Shown here in pieces: positions 41,705-52,401 of a DNA stretch of 64,000 bases (its first letter is position 1; each line of letters opens with the position of its first letter). The translations under genes and the position numbers were made by a program. Origin of the DNA: Fidelibacterota bacterium. Its GTDB lineage: Bacteria; Fidelibacterota; Marinisomatia; Marinisomatales; UBA2128. The notes under the pieces are model-generated. The model worked only from the letters and a program-made list of their open reading frames with translations, had not been told where the DNA came from and did not search any database. Location of the stretch: contig JBHHUM010000001.1 of the NCBI GenBank assembly GCA_046861645.1, forward strand, positions 1 to 64,000, written 5' to 3'.

Positions 41705-42730
41705 ATGAAGTTTCTTGAATTAACACTAATATTTACTCTTTCAGTGACCCTTCTTCCTGGTGAGTCCATTTGGATAAAGTATGGAAATCAGGCTTTTAAA
41801 GGTGCAGGTGATGCTCGTACTATCGCCCTTAGTGAATCTAATTCGGCTGTTATTACAGGTCCCTTTGCCGCCCTCTGGAATCCATCTAATTTAGCTTTGG
41901 AGGGTAGACAAACATTTGTTTATGCACATCAAGAGCGGTTTGCAGGGATCGTGAATTTTGATGTTGTAGCAGTTAATCTTAAGAAATACTTGGATATGAA
42001 TTGGTCCTTGGTACTAATTAGACAAGGGGTGGAGGGAATACCTAATACTACTCAGGCTCTTTACCTCGGTACAGGATCACTTGATAATCCAGATGAAAGA
42101 ATTCTGGAATCAGAAGTGACCTATTTCAATCAGGTACAATGGGCTGCGGTATTCGGAGGAGGATTTAAAAGAGGACAGTGGGATTTGGGCAGTAATTTGC
42201 GTTTGTTAAATCATCGCTTAGGAAGATATTCTGGTTATGGGGTTGGCTTTGATTTAAGTATATCCCGGAATTTCTTCCGAGGGAACAGAAGTGCCCTTAT
42301 CCTTAAAGATATTACTACCTCCTGGGTTGTGTGGGATTCTGGAACAGTAGAACGAATTGCTCCTACCATCGTCTTAAGTGATGGTCAAAAGCTGAAATTG
42401 GAAAAAATGAATACGGATATTACTCTGACTACCTCAGTGAATCTTAATCTTAACGGTAGAAACCTGACGGATGATTTTACTTTAGGTACTATAGGGGCTC
42501 AGTATTTTGGGGGGGTGGAAATTGGCTATCGGGATAGGGTTCATCTGCGTTTAGGCAGACATCCGCTAACTGAATTTACATTAGGAGTGGGGTTGACTTT
42601 TCCCTTTGGTGGACTTGATTATGCTTTTTCTCCTTCTCCAGGAAGTAGCATCCTGGGTAATAGTCACCATGTTGCTTTGAAACTAAGGCTTGAATACCTA
42701 CATTTACTGCGTGAGCGTTTGCTTGGTTGA
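41705..42730 (+). CDS. Outer-membrane beta-barrel, PorV/FadL-like
   Basis: Signal peptide; GDARTIAL..WNPSNL N-terminal pattern; LDYAF..GNSHHVAL C-terminal strands. Confidence 0.6.
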   Translation: MKFLELTLIFTLSVTLLPGESIWIKYGNQAFKGAGDARTIALSESNSAVITGPFAALWNPSNLALEGRQTFVYAHQERFAGIVNFDVVAVNLKKYLDMNWSLVLIRQGVEGIPNTTQALYLGTGSLDNPDERILESEVTYFNQVQWAAVFGGGFKRGQWDLGSNLRLLNHRLGRYSGYGVGFDLSISRNFFRGNRSALILKDITTSWVVWDSGTVERIAPTIVLSDGQKLKLEKMNTDITLTTSVNLNLNGRNLTDDFTLGTIGAQYFGGVEIGYRDRVHLRLGRHPLTEFTLGVGLTFPFGGLDYAFSPSPGSSILGNSHHVALKLRLEYLHLLRERLLG

Positions 42731-42831
42731 ATGTGGATAACTTCTTGATAATCGGAGTTTTATTCATCCAGTTTGCTGTTGCACCACCGAGTGAGTTCCG
42801 GTAAATTCCAACTCTTCATCGAAAGATAAAA

Positions 42832-43695
42832 TTGATAAAAAGTATGACAGGTTTTGGCTCTGGTTCTTTAGAGTCGATAGATCACAGATTATTCATAGAA
42901 GTCCGTGCAGTAAATGGACGTTTCTTTGAGGCAAAAATTAGACTGCCTCGAACGGCGGTTTCTTTGGAGCATCTCATCAGAAAGAAGGTTAAGGAAATCT
43001 GTCAGCGGGGGCATTTCTCTGTGCTGGTGGAAATTGAGAGAAATGTGGGTGAGAATGGTTCTACACTCTTCGATAGAGAGAAGTTTGAGAACTATCGATC
43101 GATACTTGCCGCAATTAAAGAAGAATATGGAGAAAGTCTTGACATTGATCAAGTCATCACTATTAATGATCTATTGCAGCATCAAAAAAAGTTTGAGGTT
43201 AGTACTGATGATCTGATGAGAATTTTAGTGGATGCTTTAGAGCAATTAGATAAAATGCGCGCTGCTGAAGGTATGATTCTCGCTGAAGATATGCAGGCAC
43301 GAACTCAAAAGTTAAGTAGCTACCTAAAAGAAATTGAGGACTACTGGGGAAAACGGTCATCGTTAATTCGTGAGGAATATGAATCCAAAATAGCTCAAAT
43401 AGCAGGGGAAGTGAACACTGAATCTTCAAGGATAATCCAGGAAGCGGCCATATTAGCAGAAAAGTTAGATATCACCGAAGAATGTGTCCGCTGCCAAAGT
43501 CATCTTGATCAGTTTGCATCATTACTTGAGTCAGAGGATCCAGTAGGTAAAAGGATGAACTTTCTGTTGCAGGAAATTAACCGCGAAATCAACACTGTTG
43601 GAGCCAAATCGAATCAACTGGAAGTCATTCAAAGAGTTGTGGATATGAAAGATGAAGTAGAAAAATTGAAGGAACAGGTTCAGAACGTTCTGTGA
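42832..43695 (+). CDS. yicC: YicC/YloC family endoribonuclease
   Basis: SMTGFG; DITEE; QEINREINT; EQVQN. Confidence 0.93.
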   Translation: MIKSMTGFGSGSLESIDHRLFIEVRAVNGRFFEAKIRLPRTAVSLEHLIRKKVKEICQRGHFSVLVEIERNVGENGSTLFDREKFENYRSILAAIKEEYGESLDIDQVITINDLLQHQKKFEVSTDDLMRILVDALEQLDKMRAAEGMILAEDMQARTQKLSSYLKEIEDYWGKRSSLIREEYESKIAQIAGEVNTESSRIIQEAAILAEKLDITEECVRCQSHLDQFASLLESEDPVGKRMNFLLQEINREINTVGAKSNQLEVIQRVVDMKDEVEKLKEQVQNVL

Positions 43696-44273
43696 TGAAA
43701 AATTTAATAGTAATTTCTGCTCCTTCTGGAGCGGGTAAAACCACCATCTGCCGGGAACTGCAGAAACGACGCCCAGATTTGGAATTTTCCGTATCTTGTA
43801 CGACTCGTCCCAAACGATCTTACGAAATAGAAGGTGTTGATTATGAGTTTATTGATGAAAAAGAGTTCCAAAGACGTGTAGTTGACAACGAACTGGTGGA
43901 ACATGAAGAAGTCCATGGTTTTCTTTATGGAACCCCCCGTAAAGTGGTGGAGAAAGTTATTGCTGAGGATAGATTATTGCTACTTGAAGTAGATGTAAAG
44001 GGAGGTCTCTCCATTAAGAATAGCTATCCAAAAAACACTTTGGCTATTTTCATAAAGCCACCTAGTGTGGAAGAACTCCAACGCAGACTAAGACGACGGG
44101 GGTCTGAACCGGAAGAACGAATAGTAAAACGGCTTGAACGGATGGAATTAGAAATGTTATATGAACCAAAGTATGATATTACCGTGGTGAATGAAGATTT
44201 GGATGCAACGGTGACATCAGTCATGAATTCAATTGAATTAACTAACCAGGTAGAGGAGGAAACATGGGATTGA
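43692..44273 (+). CDS. gmk: Guanylate kinase
   Basis: SAPSGAGKTT; SCTTRPKR; GVDYEF; YGTP. Confidence 0.96.
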   Translation: MMKNLIVISAPSGAGKTTICRELQKRRPDLEFSVSCTTRPKRSYEIEGVDYEFIDEKEFQRRVVDNELVEHEEVHGFLYGTPRKVVEKVIAEDRLLLLEVDVKGGLSIKNSYPKNTLAIFIKPPSVEELQRRLRRRGSEPEERIVKRLERMELEMLYEPKYDITVVNEDLDATVTSVMNSIELTNQVEEETWD

Positions 44274-44551
44274 AAAGTGTTCCCAATAGGGAGATTGAGA
44301 AACTTGCCGGAGATATGTTTGAAGCAACAGTAGTAACCTCTCAAAGGTCTCGTCAGATTGTGGCCAGGCGCCATGCTTTGAAGGAAATAAGGGAATTTGA
44401 AGAAGAACCGAACCTGATGGACGAAGCTTTAGTACAGGAAGAAGATTATATTGAAGAGGAAAAGGCCACCACGGTGGCTCTGAAGGAATTTCTTCGAGGA
44501 GAACTTAAATGGAAGTACAGTTACAGTGTGGAGGAAAACGAAGAGATTTAG
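44264..44551 (+). CDS. rpoZ: RNA polymerase omega subunit
   Basis: FEATVVTSQRSRQI..KATTVALKEF; follows gmk. Confidence 0.75.
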   Translation: MGLKSVPNREIEKLAGDMFEATVVTSQRSRQIVARRHALKEIREFEEEPNLMDEALVQEEDYIEEEKATTVALKEFLRGELKWKYSYSVEENEEI

Positions 44552-45216
44552 TGGGTGAGAAAATTTCTACAAATGAACTGATTAAACGTTATTTCTCACA
44601 GACAAAGGAAATGTTTGGGGACGATCTATTTATATCTTTTCCTGAGAACAGTTCAGTCGGAAACACTATCAAGAGTCTTGCAGATTTCGAGCGATCAATC
44701 TCGAACTGTAGAAAATGCAATCTCTGGAAGGGGAGAACAAACTTTGTGTTTGGAGTTGGTGATCCCCACGCTGATTTGGTGCTTGTAGGTGAAGCCCCAG
44801 GCCGGGAAGAGGATTTGCAGGGAGAACCTTTTGTAGGGCGAGCAGGTCATCTTTTAGACAAAATTTTGGCGGCTATTAACTTAAAACGGGCAGAGGTATA
44901 CATCTGTAATGTTCTGAAAAGTCGACCACCTGATAACCGTACACCTCATCAAGATGAAATTGATACTTGTCTGCCTTATTTGGAAACCCAGTTAGAAATT
45001 ATCGATCCTAAGCTCATTGTTGCTTTGGGCGCCACAGCAGCCCAAACATTGTTGAAAGTCAAAACTCCACTGGGGAAATTGAGGTCGCAATTATGGAGTT
45101 GGCGGCGGTATAGACTCGTTGTAACATATCATCCTGCTGCTCTGCTACGTAATCAGAGTTGGAAACACCCAGCCTGGGAGGATTTTCAATGGATACAAAA
45201 GTTACTTGAGGCTTAA
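44551..45216 (+). CDS. Family 4 uracil-DNA glycosylase
   Basis: [32 protein letters not shown]; start placed at GTG 44551. Confidence 0.93.
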   Translation: MGEKISTNELIKRYFSQTKEMFGDDLFISFPENSSVGNTIKSLADFERSISNCRKCNLWKGRTNFVFGVGDPHADLVLVGEAPGREEDLQGEPFVGRAGHLLDKILAAINLKRAEVYICNVLKSRPPDNRTPHQDEIDTCLPYLETQLEIIDPKLIVALGATAAQTLLKVKTPLGKLRSQLWSWRRYRLVVTYHPAALLRNQSWKHPAWEDFQWIQKLLEA

Positions 45217-45218
45217 TT

Positions 45219-46586
45219 ATGGCCAATGAACAGGTTCAATCTGAATTAAGAATTCCACCACAGGCTCTTGAAGCGGAAGAAGCTGTCCTCGGGGCGATGT
45301 TGACTTCAAAAGATGCTGTAGGTAGGGCTATGGAGATATTGACAGCGGAAAATTTTTATAAAGAAGCCCATGTGAAAATATTCCGGGCGATGGAAGATAT
45401 ATTTAATTCAGGTGATCCGGTCGATTCCATCTCTCTTATTAACGAACTGAAGAAACGTAAGGAACTCGATGCCTGTGGAGGGTCTTATTATATCACCGGT
45501 TTGGCAGAGAGTGTTCCTACTTCTGCTAATACAGAGCACTACGCCAAGATAGTACTGGAAAAAGCTAGCTTAAGACGACTGATTGAAGTGGCTGCTACTT
45601 TATCTCAGGATGCGTATCGAGATCAGGTTGATGTAGATGATATTCTCGATAGGGCAGAGCAAAGAATCTTTTCCATTTCCCAGAACCGCCTTAGAGGTGG
45701 ATTTTTGCAACTGAATCCTGTTTTGCAGCAAACATTTGAAGAGTTGGATAGAATCCATCAAAAGCCCGGGACAGTGACTGGAATTCCCTCCGGATTGATA
45801 GATCTTGATGAAATCACCAGTGGCTTTCAGAATAGTGAATTGATCATAGTTGCTGGTCGCCCAGGAATGGGGAAAACTGCCCTGGCGCTCACCTTTGCGC
45901 GTAATGCTGCTGTTGATTATGGAGTACCTTCAGGGGTTTTCAGCCTGGAAATGTCCAATCAACAGTTAGCCTTGAGGTTGTTGTGCTCAGAGGCCAGGGT
46001 AGACAGTCATCTCGTTCGCACAGGAAGGTTGCCTAAGGATCAGTGGAAAAATCTCTCCTTCTCCGTGGGTACTTTAGCCGATGCGCCCATATATCTGGAT
46101 GATACTCCGGCAATGGGCATAACGGAATTGAGAGCTAAAGCGAGGCGTTTGAAGGCTGAGAAGGATGTACAGATGATTATTGTCGACTATCTTCAACTTA
46201 TGAAAGGACCGGCTCGTATAGAAAACCGCCAACAGGAAATCTCAACTATTTCCCGATCACTGAAAGCTTTGGCAAAAGAAATAAATGTTCCGGTGCTTGC
46301 TGTCTCTCAGCTCTCCCGTGCAGTGGAAGCTAGAAGTGATCATCGTCCTCAACTGGCTGATTTGCGAGAAAGTGGTGCAATCGAACAGGATGCAGATTTG
46401 GTGATGTTCCTTTATCGAAAGTGGATGTATTCTCGTGATGAAGAAGATAGAGGTTTAGCCGATATTATTGTTGCCAAACAGAGAAACGGTCCAACTCGAA
46501 CAATTCAAGCCACTTTTGTAGATAAGTACGCCAAGTTCGAGAGCAAGGCAAGACTTGAGGAGGCAACTGCTGAAGTACCCTTTTAA
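45219..46586 (+). CDS. dnaB: Replicative DNA helicase
   Basis: GRPGMGKT; VDYLQLM; SQLSR; DLRESGAIEQDAD; KQRNGP; no intein. Confidence 0.98.
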   Translation: MANEQVQSELRIPPQALEAEEAVLGAMLTSKDAVGRAMEILTAENFYKEAHVKIFRAMEDIFNSGDPVDSISLINELKKRKELDACGGSYYITGLAESVPTSANTEHYAKIVLEKASLRRLIEVAATLSQDAYRDQVDVDDILDRAEQRIFSISQNRLRGGFLQLNPVLQQTFEELDRIHQKPGTVTGIPSGLIDLDEITSGFQNSELIIVAGRPGMGKTALALTFARNAAVDYGVPSGVFSLEMSNQQLALRLLCSEARVDSHLVRTGRLPKDQWKNLSFSVGTLADAPIYLDDTPAMGITELRAKARRLKAEKDVQMIIVDYLQLMKGPARIENRQQEISTISRSLKALAKEINVPVLAVSQLSRAVEARSDHRPQLADLRESGAIEQDADLVMFLYRKWMYSRDEEDRGLADIIVAKQRNGPTRTIQATFVDKYAKFESKARLEEATAEVPF

Positions 46587-48772
46587 TGAAAATCGCTAGC
46601 CTTATACCAACTGTCACAGGAGCTTATCCTAAGGATTTCACATTACTTGTAGATCTTGTAACGGGGAATGGTAGAGCGTCGAAAGAAGATATTACAGATT
46701 TTTTTTGGAAAGCCTATCAATATAGTCAATCTAAACATGAAGGACAAAGTCGAGAATCGGGGAAGCCTTATTTTGGTCACTGTTATGCTGTAGCTAAGTT
46801 ATTGGCCGAATGGCAAATGGACACAGCAACCATCATTTCCGGTATTCTTCATGACAGTTTAGAAGATACTGAGGCAACTTACGACGAACTGGTCGAAATG
46901 TTTGGACTTGATGTTGCCGATCTTGTTGATGGAGTGACAAAGTTGGCTGACGTTCGCTTCAGTAGTCGAAAACAGGAGCAAGCAGAGAACCTGATGAAAA
47001 TGCTATTATCCATGGCCAGGGATATTCGGGTTATTATCATAAAATTCGCCGATCGCTACCACAATATGATGACTATCGAACATCTACCTCTCAGGAGACA
47101 ACACCGCATCGCCATAGAGACGAGAGACGTTTACTCTCCTCTGGCACACCGCTTGGGGATGCATCAGGTAAAGAGCCAGTTGGATGACTTAGTTCTTAAA
47201 ACTCTTGAACCCGATTTATTTAAGGAAATCAGAAAGAGCTTGAAATCTACATTTGGGTACCGACAAAAGTATGTTCGTGAAATAACTTTACCTTTGAAAG
47301 AACAATTACAAAAATTAGGGGTAGAATATTCGGTAAGTAGTCGACTTAAGTCCTACTCTTCTATTGCGGGAAAGATGAAAAAAAGCCAAAAACCTTTGAA
47401 TGAGCTTTACGATATTTACGCTATCAGAGTTATAGTTCAGGATATTCCAGCTTGTTATACTGTTCTTGGTACAATCCATCAACTCTTTACTCCCGTTCAT
47501 GAACGATTCAAAGATTTTATTGCTACACCTAAAATTAATGGGTACCAATCATTACATACCACAGTTGTGGGATCCTCAGGTCGAATGGTGGAAATACAAA
47601 TTCGTACTCAGGAAATGGATAGAACTGCAGAAATAGGGGTTGCTGCTCATTGGCGTTATAAAGAAAACGAAAAAAGCGATGGTGATTTGGATAGGCATAT
47701 TAATTGGTTACGGGATTTGGTAGCCATTCTTCAGGATGAATCTTCTAATCCAGCAGAATTTATGAATCTTCTCCAGATTGATCTTTTTCAGGATGAAGTA
47801 TTTTGTTTTACTCCAGCTGGCGATCTAATTCAGCTTCCGGTCAATTCTACACCAATTGATTTTGCATATGCTGTCCACACCGAAGTAGGAAACCATTGTC
47901 TTAGCGCCAAGGTTAACGGTAAGATAGTACCCCTCAATACTTCTTTACAGAGTGGACAGACCATAGAGATAATCACTTCTGATTCTCAATCTCCAAGTTA
48001 CGGTTGGCTAAAGGTTGTACGAACGAGCAAAGCACGTACATCTATCCGTCGTTGGATTCATAAAGTGGAACGTGAGGAAAGTATTAAATTAGGACGGGAA
48101 ATTCTCGATAAAACACTCCGTCGTTTGAAATTGACTCACTTGATTAAGGAGATAAAGAAAGCCCCTCCAGCTACGGGATATGGTGATGAGGAATCCATCA
48201 TGGCGGCTATCGGAGCAGGTCAGATTACAGTTCGAGATCTCATCCTGAAAATATCTCCAGAAACTGAAGAATCAGGGCTTAATGAGATTGATGAAAAGGA
48301 GCGTTTCTTATCTGCTGCTCGTAGAACTGTTAAAGGAGTTCGCGTTCATGGAATTGACAATATTATGATGAATTTTGGTAAGTGTTGTAATCCTATTCCA
48401 GGAGATGATATTATTGGTTTTGTGACCCGGGGTAGAGGTGTAACAGTTCATCGTCTGGCGTGTAAAAATCTTCCCGTCATGAGTGAGGATTTGGACAGGA
48501 TCTTAGAAGTGGAGTGGAATGTTAGTCGTAAAGAGGAATTTTTAGTAAGACTAAAGGTAGTTGCTGAGGATCGGAAAGGATATCTCAAAGATTTAACAGA
48601 AGCTATCTCGGGATTAAATATCAATATCACGAGTGTAGACATCAAAGTGGATGAAAGCGGTGTAGCAAACTGCTTCTTGGTTGTGACTGTACCTAATCTG
48701 CGCCGGTTGAATTCGGTACTGCGACGGATTGGTGAGGTCACAGGAACAATATACTCAGAAAGGGCATCTTAA
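46586..48772 (+). CDS. rel: Bifunctional (p)ppGpp synthetase/hydrolase
   Basis: ILHD..ED HD domain; NGYQSLHT; EIQIRT; TGS and ACT domains. Confidence 0.95.
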   Translation: MKIASLIPTVTGAYPKDFTLLVDLVTGNGRASKEDITDFFWKAYQYSQSKHEGQSRESGKPYFGHCYAVAKLLAEWQMDTATIISGILHDSLEDTEATYDELVEMFGLDVADLVDGVTKLADVRFSSRKQEQAENLMKMLLSMARDIRVIIIKFADRYHNMMTIEHLPLRRQHRIAIETRDVYSPLAHRLGMHQVKSQLDDLVLKTLEPDLFKEIRKSLKSTFGYRQKYVREITLPLKEQLQKLGVEYSVSSRLKSYSSIAGKMKKSQKPLNELYDIYAIRVIVQDIPACYTVLGTIHQLFTPVHERFKDFIATPKINGYQSLHTTVVGSSGRMVEIQIRTQEMDRTAEIGVAAHWRYKENEKSDGDLDRHINWLRDLVAILQDESSNPAEFMNLLQIDLFQDEVFCFTPAGDLIQLPVNSTPIDFAYAVHTEVGNHCLSAKVNGKIVPLNTSLQSGQTIEIITSDSQSPSYGWLKVVRTSKARTSIRRWIHKVEREESIKLGREILDKTLRRLKLTHLIKEIKKAPPATGYGDEESIMAAIGAGQITVRDLILKISPETEESGLNEIDEKERFLSAARRTVKGVRVHGIDNIMMNFGKCCNPIPGDDIIGFVTRGRGVTVHRLACKNLPVMSEDLDRILEVEWNVSRKEEFLVRLKVVAEDRKGYLKDLTEAISGLNINITSVDIKVDESGVANCFLVVTVPNLRRLNSVLRRIGEVTGTIYSERAS

Positions 48773-48773
48773 A

Positions 48774-49079
48774 ATGAGCACAAAATACACAAAAAAAGAT
48801 ATTTCAAAAGAAGTCGCATCAAGAATGGGAAAAAGTTTTCTTGAATCTCATTCCCTGGTTTCGGAAGTATTCAATATTATCCAGGAAATGCTTTCCGGGG
48901 ATGATCACAATATTCGCATCGAAGTCAGGGGATTTGGTACTCTTCAAGTTAAGCCGACCAAGGCAAAACCTCGAGCTCGTAATCCTCGGACCAACGAAGA
49001 AGTTTTCGTACCTCCTCACCGGAAGACCCATTTTAAACCCGGCCGAATCCTGAAAGAAAAACTTTCTCGACCCATTTAG
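48774..49079 (+). CDS. HU/IHF family DNA-binding protein
   Basis: IEVRGFGT; ARNPRT; FKPG; start placed at ATG 48774. Confidence 0.92.
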   Translation: MSTKYTKKDISKEVASRMGKSFLESHSLVSEVFNIIQEMLSGDDHNIRIEVRGFGTLQVKPTKAKPRARNPRTNEEVFVPPHRKTHFKPGRILKEKLSRPI

Positions 49080-49093
49080 TTCTGTCCCTAAAC

Positions 49094-49507
49094 ATGGGTA
49101 GGATCCTTGGAATCGATTACGGCTCCAAACGAGTAGGTCTGGCTATTTCTGATGCCAACCAGACAATCGCTTCTCCGTATATTACAATTTCAACCAGTGA
49201 TCTAAATGAATTATTAAGAGAACTGGCTGGGATTGTGGAAGCTGAAGAAGTGAAACAGATTGTGATTGGGTTGCCAATTGGACTCAAGGGTGGTCATACT
49301 GAACAGACTAACGAAATTATTTCCTTTACTGATACCATTCGAAAACAGTTTGCTGTGAAAGTGATAAATTTCGATGAGAGGCTAACTTCAATTCAAGCCA
49401 AACGGGCCCTTATGTCAGTAGGAAAAAAGCCAAGTCTGGAACGGGATTTAGTGAATAAAACTGCTGCTGCTATTATGCTACAGGCATTTCTCGACAGCAG
49501 AAAATGA
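49094..49507 (+). CDS. ruvX: YqgF/RuvX nuclease
   Basis: LGIDYGSKRVGLA; IGLP; DERLTS. Confidence 0.94.
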   Translation: MGRILGIDYGSKRVGLAISDANQTIASPYITISTSDLNELLRELAGIVEAEEVKQIVIGLPIGLKGGHTEQTNEIISFTDTIRKQFAVKVINFDERLTSIQAKRALMSVGKKPSLERDLVNKTAAAIMLQAFLDSRK

Positions 49508-51012
49508 ACGTCTTCCTGCCCTTATTAAAGAGACCATACTGGCAATTAGCAGTTGCATCGGGTGTTCTAACAGGACTTTCTTATCCGCCCTTTAAACTGG
49601 GTGTACTGGCCTATATAGGATTCATTCCTTTTATAGAAATTATCACTTCAGCTCCCCCAGGAAAGGCGTCTCGCTGGGGATTAATTACTGGCTTAATTTC
49701 CAATACCATCGTTCTATATTGGTTGGCTTTTAACTCTGGGGCAACATTCTGGGTAGTCTTTTTATCTCTATTAGGTGCTGTAATTTACTTATCGTTTTAT
49801 TGGTTTCTTTTTTCAGCTATTATCTCGTGGTTCCATTCTCGCACTGGAAAGGGTTTATTACTCATTCCCTTTCTATGGGTTACCATGGAATTATGCCAAT
49901 CATTTGGACTGTTGGCTTTCCCCTGGATCTCACTGGCTACCACACAGGCAGACTATTTACCACCTATTCAAATAGTAGAATTTACAGGAATTTATGGGAT
50001 ATCATTCTGGATCATCCTTTTAAATACTCTACTGTACCAAATGTTTCGAGCACCCGCCCCTTTGTACCCTCGATTGCAAAAGTGGGCGGCTGTTATTCTT
50101 GTCCTGCCCTGGCTTTATGGGTATAGCAGGCTGGTTACTCTTCCGAAAGATAATAATGGTGAGGAAAAAATTACAATCGCTGTCGTGCAACCCAATATGG
50201 GTCCTCATGATAAGTGGGATAGTACCAAGCGTCAATGGGTTTTTGATGTTTTAGATTCCCTATATGTTCAGGCTGCTCAAGAGGGAATTGACATGGTGGT
50301 TTGGCCAGAAAGTGCCGTTCCTACTTATCTACGGAGTGATCGCTATAGACGAAGACGTATTCAACAAAGAGTTACAGAATATGATACTCCTCTTTTCACT
50401 GGTGCTTTAGACTATAGTAGAAAAGAAGGGTATCTGGAACACTATAATAGCATATTCATGTTTTCAACTGATGGAAATATTGTTTCGTATGATAAGATTC
50501 ATCTTGTACCTATGGCAGAATACAATCCCCTTGATGCTAAAGTATCTTTGACCGAGAATTTGAGTTTTGGTCAATTTAATCCAGGAACACGTTACACAGA
50601 TTTTTTCCTGGATGATATTCAGTTTGCGGGTGTAATCTGTTATGAGTCCACCTTCCCACGACTCGTTAAGCAGTTGGTTTCTCAAGGGGCAAAATTTTTA
50701 GTTGTGGTGGTGAATGATGGTTGGTTTGGGAATACTTCTGAACCCTATCAACATGCCGCCTTAGCTCGTTTACGGGCGGTGGAACATCGTATGCCAGTAT
50801 TGCGTAGTGCGAATACTGGAATTTCTCTTCACATTGATAAGTCAGGGAGGTTTATTTCTAAACTGAATTTAGACGAGAGAGGGGTGATCTATGCTGGCAT
50901 TTCTCCAGCTGATGAATTAACCTTCTATGGTCAGAATGGTGATATTTTTGCCTGGATAGCAACCTTATGTACTTGTTTAGGAGGATTTTTGATTTGGCGC
51001 AGAAAACAATAG
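49504..51012 (+). CDS. lnt: Apolipoprotein N-acyltransferase
   Basis: WPESA; YDKIHLVP; ICYES; NDGWFG; RSANTGIS. Confidence 0.95.
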   Translation: MNVFLPLLKRPYWQLAVASGVLTGLSYPPFKLGVLAYIGFIPFIEIITSAPPGKASRWGLITGLISNTIVLYWLAFNSGATFWVVFLSLLGAVIYLSFYWFLFSAIISWFHSRTGKGLLLIPFLWVTMELCQSFGLLAFPWISLATTQADYLPPIQIVEFTGIYGISFWIILLNTLLYQMFRAPAPLYPRLQKWAAVILVLPWLYGYSRLVTLPKDNNGEEKITIAVVQPNMGPHDKWDSTKRQWVFDVLDSLYVQAAQEGIDMVVWPESAVPTYLRSDRYRRRRIQQRVTEYDTPLFTGALDYSRKEGYLEHYNSIFMFSTDGNIVSYDKIHLVPMAEYNPLDAKVSLTENLSFGQFNPGTRYTDFFLDDIQFAGVICYESTFPRLVKQLVSQGAKFLVVVVNDGWFGNTSEPYQHAALARLRAVEHRMPVLRSANTGISLHIDKSGRFISKLNLDERGVIYAGISPADELTFYGQNGDIFAWIATLCTCLGGFLIWRRKQ

Positions 51013-51668
51013 TATTGTTGTACATATTTGCTCTGGTATTTCCTTGCCAAATTGATGCCTCTGGATTTGAAACAGAAACCAGCAATTCCTCAGTAAATTT
51101 ATTTCTATCAACTCAGAGTAGTCAAAATACAGTGCAACGAACTATAGTAAAATCACTTTTACTTCCAGGATTAGGGGAATTTTCCATGGGAGAAAATAGA
51201 CGAGGACGTTTTTTTGTACGAAGTGAACTTGGATTTTGGCTTATCTTGGCTGGAAGTTTGTGGTCAGCTTCCTCTGATGACTCTCGATTAAGGGTTTATG
51301 CTATTCAATATGCTGGGGCAGATCTTTCTGGAAAAGATGATCGATTCTTTGTTAATATGAGTACTTACGAAAGTATGGACACTTACAATGCTTATCAGCA
51401 GCGAGCCCGTTCACCTTATGATACTTATTCAACTGCTGCTGGTTATTACTGGTCTTGGGTGAGTGAAAATCATCGACAGAAATATCGTGATTTCCTCATT
51501 CGTCGTGATCAAGCAAAATCTGTAGCATCTTTTTCTTTAGCTGGAATGATTCTGAATCGAATAGTATCTGCTATTGATGTAGTCAGCTTAAATAGAAAAG
51601 GACTTTTTGAGGCGAACGTTCAACAAACGCCTGAAGGAGCAGAACTGAAATTAATATTCTGTTTTTGA
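50967..51668 (+). CDS. Hypothetical membrane/exported protein
   Basis: SLLLPGLGE motif; overlaps lnt; start uncertain. Confidence 0.6.
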   Translation: MYLFRRIFDLAQKTIVLLYIFALVFPCQIDASGFETETSNSSVNLFLSTQSSQNTVQRTIVKSLLLPGLGEFSMGENRRGRFFVRSELGFWLILAGSLWSASSDDSRLRVYAIQYAGADLSGKDDRFFVNMSTYESMDTYNAYQQRARSPYDTYSTAAGYYWSWVSENHRQKYRDFLIRRDQAKSVASFSLAGMILNRIVSAIDVVSLNRKGLFEANVQQTPEGAELKLIFCF

Positions 51669-51672
51669 TAAA

Positions 51673-52401
51673 GTGAAAAAGACCCGGCTGAATCCTCTTA
51701 CCTGGCTTTTGATAGCGGCTATTATGTTAGTTTTGATCTTTAGTGCTTCTTCTCCCGAACATTTTATCTGGCTTGCGTTCAGTATGGGTTTGATTGCCTT
51801 AATTAACCGACTTTCTTTTTCGACCATAATTCATAGAATAAAACCGTTTATTTTTTACTTACCAGTCATGGTGGTTTTATACCTGTTATTGTCAATACTT
51901 TTGACGGGAACAGGTGTTATCATGCAATTAAAAGTACTTGTAATGCCAGTGTTAAGGATGATATTTATACTCTTGAGTATGGCAGTTTTTCTGGAGCTTG
52001 TATCAGCGTCAGAAGTGCTTGATTCGGTAAGGACACTCTGGCGAGTAACCGGGAGGAAATGGCGATGGGTAGAATTTGCTTTTCAGATGCTATATCTGGT
52101 TTTCCGTTTTTTTCCTTTGTTTCGGGATGAATTTAATACCCGAAGAGAGATGGAACAGGCTCTTAGTTTTCATTATGAAACTGGAAAATTTTCAAACATA
52201 ACCAGATTAGCGCGATATCTCCCCGCGATAGTTTCTAATATTTTTCACCGGGCTGAGAATCTTGGTCTGGCAATGACAATCCGCAGATTCGGTGAAACAG
52301 TTCCCCGGGGAATTGCTCTACCAAGATATTTCGGACTGGTTGATATGATTGCTATGGGAGTCATTATTTTAGCGTTTCTGGGATATAATTCGCTTGCCTA
52401 A
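51673..52401 (+). CDS. ECF transporter T component (EcfT/CbiQ-like)
   Basis: LNPLTWL; FRFFPLF; RAENLGLAMTIRRF. Confidence 0.75.
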   Translation: MKKTRLNPLTWLLIAAIMLVLIFSASSPEHFIWLAFSMGLIALINRLSFSTIIHRIKPFIFYLPVMVVLYLLLSILLTGTGVIMQLKVLVMPVLRMIFILLSMAVFLELVSASEVLDSVRTLWRVTGRKWRWVEFAFQMLYLVFRFFPLFRDEFNTRREMEQALSFHYETGKFSNITRLARYLPAIVSNIFHRAENLGLAMTIRRFGETVPRGIALPRYFGLVDMIAMGVIILAFLGYNSLA